NCBI GenBank assembly: GCA_038851325.1
Contig: JAWCKZ010000001.1
Coordinates: 96,001 to 160,000, forward strand
Length of the DNA stretch: 64,000 bases
Origin: Candidatus Bilamarchaeaceae archaeon
GTDB taxonomy: Archaea; Micrarchaeota; Micrarchaeia; Anstonellales; Bilamarchaeaceae
Direction: 5' to 3'
A program made the translations under genes and the position numbers. Positions 57,304 through 64,000 of this stretch are shown in pieces (the stretch's first letter is position 1; every line of letters starts with the position of its first letter). The notes below the pieces were generated by a model. That model worked only from the letters and a program-made list of their open reading frames with translations. It was not told where the DNA came from and searched no databases.

Positions 57304-59835
57304 ATGATGACATCCGAGACTCTTATAGTAGAGCGGTTCGGCTCGCTCACAGAAATTCAGAAAAAGGCAATACCAGTGATAGCAGAAGGAGCGAATGCGC
57401 TTCTAATTGCACCAACCGGACATGGTAAAACAGAGGCTGCTCTTCTTCCAGTGCTAGAAGGAATAAAGGAAAAGCCCGGCATTTCTGCGCTCTATATCAC
57501 GCCGTTAAGAAGCCTAAACCGTGACCTCCTTTCAAGATTCCATTACTGGTGTGAAAAGCTTGCGATAACAAGAGATATACGCCACGGTGATACTCCTCAA
57601 TCTGCAAGGACGCGGCACAGAAGAAAACCACCGCAGATAGTGCTGACAACAATAGAAAGCCTCCAGGCACTCCTCGTCGCTCCTGTTATGCGCTCGCATC
57701 TTAAGAATGTGAGATATGTCATAGTGGACGAGGTCCATGATATATTGGATAACAAGAGGGGAGCGCAACTCTCGCTATCACTCGAAAGGCTTGAAGAGAT
57801 AGCTAATTTTAAAAGAGTAGGAATCAGCGCTACCCTTCCAAACCCTCATGAGGCCGCAGCGCTGCTATTTGGAGATAGAGATTATAAAGTAATCGAAGGA
57901 GGCCGCGCAAGAGAGATGGAAATAAAGATTGAATATTTATCTGATAAAGAAAAGCGACTTGAAAGACTTAAGGAGCTCGCAGAAGCTAACCGTGCGCTCA
58001 TATTTGTGAACACAAGAAGTACAGCAGAAGAGATAGGCGCGTGGCTCAAGGAGAAGGGCGCTCCCATAGAAGTTCATCATGGCTCCCTTTCAAAGGAGGT
58101 CAGAATAGCTGCAGAAGACCGCTTCAAAAGTGGCGAGATAAAATCTCTACTCTGTACGTCCTCCCTTGAGCTTGGGATAGATGTTGGGGACGTAGATCTT
58201 GTGGTACAATACGGCTCTCCTCATCAAGTATTCCGTCTCATTCAAAGGGTTGGACGCTCAGGCCACAGCACTGGCAGGATACCAAAAGGTACCATTCTTC
58301 CTGTCGATTTTGACGATTTGTTAGAGTCGGAGGCGCTTGTTTCCTTGATGAACAACGGCTGGATGGAAAAGAAAATCATTGAAAAAGGCGCATTGGATGT
58401 AATTGCGCACCAGCTCGTAGGCATCCTATTAGAACGATATACTACAAGGATAGAGGATATCCATAAGATCTTGTCTAGATCAGCAGCATATGGAATCTCC
58501 CTTGAAAAGCTAAGAGCGATAGTCCTTCAACTGTACGCAGAAGGTCTTCTATTTATTAATAAGGACGAAGCCCTTAGAGCAAGAAGAAGGGCCAGGAAAT
58601 ATTATTACTCATACCTTAGCACAATACCAAAGACAAAGCGTTTTTTGCTTAGAGATTCCTCCTCGAATAGAGCCATTGCATCATTGGACGAGGATTTTGT
58701 TGCAAGCCTCAACATAGGAGATGAATTTCTTGCAAAGGGTCAGGTATGGGAGGTTCTTGATGTAACAGATGAGGAAGTACTTGCCACACCAGGCTCAGGA
58801 CTTGATATAACCGTTCCATCGTGGGTTGGAGAGGACATACCAGTTGCAAGAGAAGTGGCCGAGGCTGTCGGGGTACTGAGAAGAAATGAAAGAAAGGAGG
58901 GTATGCTTCCGGATGATAAGAACATTGTAATGGAGGTGGTGAATGACCTCGTAGTAATTCATTCGTGTTTTGGAAGCAGAATAAATGAGACTATAGCAAG
59001 AGCCTTTGCGCATCGCCTCTCTGAGTACATAGGAGAGAGTGTGAGGACAGCAGCAGACCCTTATAGGGTAATGATAAAATGTCCATTTCCAATAAAAGGG
59101 AAAAAGCTTCTTGAAGTGTTTTCAAATCTTCGTGATGTCCGCACAACTGTGGAGCAAAGCCTTAGAAACTCGATGTTACTCAGGATGAAGTTCACGCATG
59201 TCGCACGAATGTTTGGGCTTGTTGAAGAGGATGCCATGGCCAACCAAAAGTTTATAGACGCCCTACGCTATTCTGTTGTTTACGAAGAAGCGGTTCGCTC
59301 CATCACATTTAGATACTTCGATGTAAAAGGCGCGGCGGAACTACTTGAAAAAACCCGTAAGGGAGAAAAAAAACTTATCTTAGATGAAAGAAAAGAACCA
59401 AGCTTCTTCGCTACGATAGGACTAACGCGGGTATCAGCAAAGGAAGCTGTGGGAATGTTTGAACCAAGGGAGCGGATGATCGCTGCGCTTAAGGAGAAGG
59501 TTCTTTCAAGAGCAGAAGAGCTCGTCTGCCTAAACTGCGGTGCTACTAGATATCTTTATCTGGCAAGTGCCACTGATAATGATCTTAAATGCTCAAGATG
59601 CGGAGAGAGAGCGCTCGCACCCAAACATGGGAGAGAAGAAGAAAGCGAGCATGCAGCTGCTCTCATAAGAAACTACGGCAAAAGAGCGCTGATTGCGCTC
59701 TCAATCTATGGAATTGGACCTGCCACTGCAGAGAGGATACTTGCAAAGTTGCACAGAGATGAAAACTCTTTTTATTTGGATCTAATAAACGCCCAGAAAA
59801 TGTTTGTCAAAACCAAGAAATACTGGAAAGCATGA
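57304..59835 (+). CDS. lhr: Lhr-like SF2 DEAD/H helicase with C-terminal Zn finger
   Basis: APTGHGKT, DEVH, SAT, SLELGID, QRVGRSGH, CLNC/CSRC. Confidence 0.92.
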   Translation: MMTSETLIVERFGSLTEIQKKAIPVIAEGANALLIAPTGHGKTEAALLPVLEGIKEKPGISALYITPLRSLNRDLLSRFHYWCEKLAITRDIRHGDTPQSARTRHRRKPPQIVLTTIESLQALLVAPVMRSHLKNVRYVIVDEVHDILDNKRGAQLSLSLERLEEIANFKRVGISATLPNPHEAAALLFGDRDYKVIEGGRAREMEIKIEYLSDKEKRLERLKELAEANRALIFVNTRSTAEEIGAWLKEKGAPIEVHHGSLSKEVRIAAEDRFKSGEIKSLLCTSSLELGIDVGDVDLVVQYGSPHQVFRLIQRVGRSGHSTGRIPKGTILPVDFDDLLESEALVSLMNNGWMEKKIIEKGALDVIAHQLVGILLERYTTRIEDIHKILSRSAAYGISLEKLRAIVLQLYAEGLLFINKDEALRARRRARKYYYSYLSTIPKTKRFLLRDSSSNRAIASLDEDFVASLNIGDEFLAKGQVWEVLDVTDEEVLATPGSGLDITVPSWVGEDIPVAREVAEAVGVLRRNERKEGMLPDDKNIVMEVVNDLVVIHSCFGSRINETIARAFAHRLSEYIGESVRTAADPYRVMIKCPFPIKGKKLLEVFSNLRDVRTTVEQSLRNSMLLRMKFTHVARMFGLVEEDAMANQKFIDALRYSVVYEEAVRSITFRYFDVKGAAELLEKTRKGEKKLILDERKEPSFFATIGLTRVSAKEAVGMFEPRERMIAALKEKVLSRAEELVCLNCGATRYLYLASATDNDLKCSRCGERALAPKHGREEESEHAAALIRNYGKRALIALSIYGIGPATAERILAKLHRDENSFYLDLINAQKMFVKTKKYWKA

Positions 59836-59887
59836 GGAGCGAAAACGAAAAATTTAAAGAGCATAGATAATAATTAAAAGCGGTGAG

Positions 59888-61189
59888 GTGATGACAAATC
59901 TGCAAAAATTACTCTTGGCTTTAGCATTCGTGATCTCTATTACTCTCATAGCATTCGTTATCAGTTCTCAACAAACTGAAAAGGAAGACGACAAGTTCAA
60001 AGAAGAAAGAGAAATAATAAATTTTTCAATAAGGTTCGGAAAAGGAGTGGATAATTACACTTATGGCTTTATAGAGGTTTATAATGGATATCCGGAAGCA
60101 TTTAAGCTCGTGAAAAATGGGAAGATGAGGTATGCAGAAGTAGACGACCTCATAAGCTTAAAAAGACTTTATCTGTTTGAGAATGATACCATACTCTGCG
60201 TTGATTACATGGACAGGAGTGTGTGCTCCTCCATAATCAATGAAAGCGACAGGCTTGGATACAAAGGTTTTATCCTAAAAAAATTCTTTAATGACGAAAG
60301 AATTGTAGAAGAGGAACGTCTCTACAGCGCACTCTTTGATGGTGGTCACATAATAATAAAAGGAGTAAGCAATGCAACTGTAGACGGCCACCCGTGCAAG
60401 ATGGTAGAGTATACCATAGATTACGCAAATGTTACGGCCGCTGAGGCGTCAAGACTTGGCATAATACTATCGCCAACTCACCCAAAACACTTTGAATGGA
60501 AGGTGTGTGCGGATGACAGAATGGTGTATTATAAATACTTCAATTATACCTATCTTGGAAAACCAACAGAATTTGAGATAAAGATAACGACCTATGGCTC
60601 TCCATCAGAAATAGTTCCGCCCGAAGACCTAAGTAAGGGAGCATACGACCTCCTCCTTGAGGAAAATGAGCGCAGAAGCGAGTTGATAGGCTGTTTTGAA
60701 GGTGAAGAAAGGGACAGGTGCGTAGCAATGATTGCTCTAAACCTAATGAACGCTCGACTGTGTGAGTATGCCGGAGAGAGAAGGGATAGATGCCTTGTGA
60801 GCATAGTGCCGTTCAGGCTCGACGAGGGAATATGCGACAAAATAGTGGACCAGTCGTTTAAGGATGATTGCTACATCGAGCTCGCTGGTGGGAAGAAAAA
60901 TAGCACCTACTGCGCGAGGATAGCGAATTCAAGCAAGATAGAATTCTGTATGAACGTCTCGAGGGAGGAACAGACATCAGAAATAGCAAATCCGGCAGCA
61001 ACGAATTGCGCAAACAAAGGATATCAATATGAAATAAGAACAGACGCAGAAGGAGGGCAGTATGGAGTATGTATTTATGAAGGCAAAGAATGCGATGAGT
61101 GGGCACTTTTCAGGGGAGAGTGCTGCCTTACAAATGCTGATTGCAAAGAAGGAGAGAGCTGCGCTGATAATAGATGTGTTATCCAGTAA
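59888..61189 (+). CDS. membrane-anchored Cys-rich surface protein with DUF333-like domain
   Basis: N-terminal TM, many N-x-S/T sequons, RDRC repeats, IANPAATNC..G..CDEWALFRGEC. Confidence 0.75.
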   Translation: MMTNLQKLLLALAFVISITLIAFVISSQQTEKEDDKFKEEREIINFSIRFGKGVDNYTYGFIEVYNGYPEAFKLVKNGKMRYAEVDDLISLKRLYLFENDTILCVDYMDRSVCSSIINESDRLGYKGFILKKFFNDERIVEEERLYSALFDGGHIIIKGVSNATVDGHPCKMVEYTIDYANVTAAEASRLGIILSPTHPKHFEWKVCADDRMVYYKYFNYTYLGKPTEFEIKITTYGSPSEIVPPEDLSKGAYDLLLEENERRSELIGCFEGEERDRCVAMIALNLMNARLCEYAGERRDRCLVSIVPFRLDEGICDKIVDQSFKDDCYIELAGGKKNSTYCARIANSSKIEFCMNVSREEQTSEIANPAATNCANKGYQYEIRTDAEGGQYGVCIYEGKECDEWALFRGECCLTNADCKEGESCADNRCVIQ

Positions 61190-61209
61190 ATAAGGACAAA
61201 CTTGAAAAA

Positions 61210-61588
61210 CGGGCCCAGAGGGATTTTCACCATCCTGAGAACTATCTCAGGGTTTGGGTAAGCCCTGGCCTTTGCCCTTAAAAGAGTAGCAATAAACACA
61301 GTTCATTGCGCCCCTTGAACGAAACGTCGTTCAAGCGGGAAGCCAAAGGCTTGGGTTTGAACCCTCGACACACGGATTTCAGCCACCCGCTTCTTTTATG
61401 AAGGCAAACGGTTTTCTTTTCCGATAGCCTACCGTTTTTCTTTTCCAAAAGAAAAGGGGGTGGTAAGAGTCCGTCGCTCTACCATTTCAGGAAACCGTTG
61501 ACTTAGTTCACCTCAGGGCTTTGGGTGAGCGTAAGCCTTTGCCCTAAAAAGGACATAAGTCAAAGGCTTCGAGCTGAGCTATGGGCCC
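61210..61588 (-). tRNA. tRNA-Lys(CTT) with three introns: D-loop about 17/17a (61485-61571), 37/38 (61378-61463), 59/60 (61224-61355)
   Basis: GGGCCCA TA GCTC AGCT|TGGTA GAGC G ACGGA CT CTT A|A TCCGT GTGTC GAGGG TTCAAA|T CCCTC TGGGCCC G; BHB helices TCAG/ctga and TTCA/tgaa. Confidence 0.88.
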
Positions 61589-61659
61589 GCGCAATTATAG
61601 GCTAGTTGCCTATAAATAACCACACCATTACTATCTATTACGATTTTTAATTCTTCTGT

Positions 61660-62095
61660 CATTTTATCAACGAGCCTGCTGCAGATTATCCAGCGGAATA
61701 CAGAACATACTTTTTTTGGTCCTGAGGGGAAGGAGACGGATAGGAAAGACAACGCTTGTGCTGAAAGCGATTCCGGATGCATTCTATTTTTTTGTCTGGC
61801 CAAACAAATCCTTGGAGTGGATACTCGAGGAAACCTGCAGGCTATACAACCTGCCAAAATTCATCCGTTTTGGGGATATTGTGAATCATGTGCTCGACCA
61901 GGGCAGCGTAATTTTTTTGATGAATTCCAGAATTTTTTATCAGTTGAAAAATCAGTCTATGGCGAACTTCAGCGTTTATTGGATGAACGCAAACACCGTG
62001 GAAAGCCGGTAAGCTGCTTTGACCTGAACGACCTGGAAAAAATGCTGAGAGAAGGACGCCGAAAGCAGAGGATTACTTCTGGGAAACAAATTTAA
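61660..62095 (+). pseudogene. degraded archaeal AAA ATPase (ATPase_2 family)
   Basis: GRRRIGKTT in one frame, FFDEFQN in another (shift at T-run near 61912-61918); truncated; start approximate. Confidence 0.75.
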
Positions 62096-62170
62096 AATGA
62101 ATACTTTCGCTAGATTTGGATTGATACGAAATTGATACAAAAATCAGAAAAAAGAAAAGAAATGAAAATG

Positions 62171-62548
62171 TTACGAAAAACTACACGGATCACTAATAGA
62201 TGGCGGGGTCTTGCCCATCAATAATGCGATAACATAGGGCGCAATAAGATATATAACAATACCTATGACTGCCCCCGTGAGCATTGATGTCGCCCAGACT
62301 GCTGCCCTTGCTCTTGTTTCCGCACCCATCATTTGCCCAATTGCATAAGTTACACCAGCAAGAACAACAAGCAACACTGCTGCTATCCCAAGGAATGATT
62401 GTACAAGTCTGCATAGACCTTGCATCGCGGAAATTATCGCTCCGCCAGCATCAGCATTGACAACTCCAATTAGATTAATTAACAATACAGCTATAATAAG
62501 GTATCTCCCAAACTTATTTATCGAATTCATTATTTCAACTGCGCTCAT
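62171..62548 (-). CDS. VirB2/TrbC-like pilin
   Basis: Signal-peptide-like N-terminus, then two hydrophobic helices separated by a short basic loop (ETRARA). Confidence 0.6.
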   Translation of the reverse strand: MSAVEIMNSINKFGRYLIIAVLLINLIGVVNADAGGAIISAMQGLCRLVQSFLGIAAVLLVVLAGVTYAIGQMMGAETRARAAVWATSMLTGAVIGIVIYLIAPYVIALLMGKTPPSISDPCSFS

Positions 62549-62708
62549 TTTGTCACCTTTCTCAAAAGTGAGCAGTGAACGAGGTTGAGGACGAAGTTCT
62601 CAACTGTCCAGAAACTCCGTTTCTGTACAAGTTCACTCAATCACTTTTTGTTGTTGGTATCTATGTGTTTGTTAATATTTATAAAGTTTAGCCAACGTCT
62701 CATCCTCC

Positions 62709-64000
62709 ATGAAAAAGGCTCATCTCATCCTTATTTTGCTGATTTTATACCTCTTGCCACGGCTATTTTTGGCAACAGAAATACCAATCAGAAAGGATGA
62801 AGGAGTCTATGCAATAATGATTGAAGAGCAGATCGAACACCTTACACTGGTACCAACCTTTTTTGGTTATGAAGTAGGGTGGAAGCCGCCGCTTTATTTT
62901 TGGCTTTCGATACCATTCGTGATTCTGACAAAGATGATTCCTTTTTTGCCCTTGGAGCTGGTATACCGCTCTTCAAGTCTATTTTTTGGCTTAGCTGCGA
63001 TGGTTCCTCTCTATTACATATTCAGGAAATTTGAGGATGAGGAATTCGCGCTTCTAGCAGTCGGCCTCTACGCTCTGCTGCCCATTTCTGCATATCCAGA
63101 ATCCCTGGTTTTACTGGATGCAACATGCCTCCTATTTGTTCTTTTAGCTATCTGGGCATATCTCGAATATAAAAAAGGAAATGAATATTTCTTGTTGGCT
63201 GGCATCTTTGTTTTTATGGCTTTTTTTACCAAACTGGTCTTGGCATTTGTGCCGCCCATTGTATTCTTTGCATATTTGTGGCAAAACGACAGGAAAACGC
63301 TGCTAAACAAATGGTTCCTCCTCTCTCTTTTGGCTCCATTAACGGCATTTATTTTAAACCACTTAACTTATTCTAATGAAGGCCAAGCAGAAGCATTATA
63401 TCTTGATTTGGTCTCGGGGAAACTGTTGGGTGGGCTGGATTATGGTTTGTTTCTTTCGACGTTGCTTCCACTCTTCTTTCTTACTGGCCCCTTTCTTATA
63501 TTAGCATGCCAAGGGCTCTTAAAGCATTTAAAGGGAAATCTATTTTTCACAATTTGGTTTGCCCTCGTGATATTCCCGCTTCTTGGCGGCAGATGGATGC
63601 CATGGTATTTCCTTCCCATCACTCCACCAATAATATATTTTTCACTTTTGGTTGTTTTGGAAGACAGAAAAAAAGTGTTTGCAGACAGATTTGCTATCAC
63701 CATGTTAACATTATTTGTTATTGCGTCGTGGTTGTTCTTTGTCCCTATTTTCCTTTCAGACATGTATTATCTGCCAGCAAAGCATGCAGGCAAATTTCTT
63801 GCAGGTAAAGAGAATGTCCTGATAATTGGCAACTATTCGTCTGGTGTTTTTGCATACAAAATGCTTGAGGAAAAACGCCAACTTGGCTATTCGCTAGATT
63901 ATGGGCTAGTTGTTTTCTATCCAGAACACTTTGATCTGCTACCAGATTTAATTGAGAATTATAATTACCACGACCCGAGAATAATCGATGGAAATTTTGA
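62709..64000 (+). CDS. ArnT/PMT-type (GT-C) glycosyltransferase (runs off window end)
   Basis: Not in ORF track; manual translation gives RKDEGVYA, WKPPLYFWL and multiple TM helices. Confidence 0.85.
   Translation, partial: MKKAHLILILLILYLLPRLFLATEIPIRKDEGVYAIMIEEQIEHLTLVPTFFGYEVGWKPPLYFWLSIPFVILTKMIPFLPLELVYRSSSLFFGLAAMVPLYYIFRKFEDEEFALLAVGLYALLPISAYPESLVLLDATCLLFVLLAIWAYLEYKKGNEYFLLAGIFVFMAFFTKLVLAFVPPIVFFAYLWQNDRKTLLNKWFLLSLLAPLTAFILNHLTYSNEGQAEALYLDLVSGKLLGGLDYGLFLSTLLPLFFLTGPFLILACQGLLKHLKGNLFFTIWFALVIFPLLGGRWMPWYFLPITPPIIYFSLLVVLEDRKKVFADRFAITMLTLFVIASWLFFVPIFLSDMYYLPAKHAGKFLAGKENVLIIGNYSSGVFAYKMLEEKRQLGYSLDYGLVVFYPEHFDLLPDLIENYNYHDPRIIDGNF

Overview
Archaeal chromosomal segment. It carries Nop5, pelota, archaeal MAT, class I CCA enzyme, PAC2, archaeal RibC, AMP phosphorylase and BHB-type tRNA introns. 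The compact layout and multi-intron tRNAs suggest a DPANN archaeon, probably Micrarchaeota-like (inference). Most of the window is housekeeping: purine and riboflavin synthesis, SecDF, ligase, ProRS, ThyX and Lhr. The striking feature is non-coding. All six tRNA genes (Gly-TCC, Ile-TAT, Val-GAC, Leu-CAA, Tyr-GTA, Lys-CTT) are interrupted, with 14 introns in total. Several introns are very long (about 319, 292, 142 and 132 nt) because they are filled with copies of one shared structured module, AGGGCAAA...AAA(G)CCCTGAG, with a co-varying upstream partner strand. The module occurs in four tRNA genes at three intron positions, tandemly amplified and nested, and looks like a small mobile element family living inside spliced tRNA introns. 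A 6.3-kb integrated element (3248-9526) with an SSV-type split tyrosine integrase and metal/redox cargo sits at the 3' exon of tRNA-Ile(TAT). Also notable: dispersed Ced/VirB-like components, a polytopic membrane-anchored double-AAA ATPase, a RibC-RibH fusion and a frameshifted K+ channel. All calls come from reading the sequence by eye; no searches were run.
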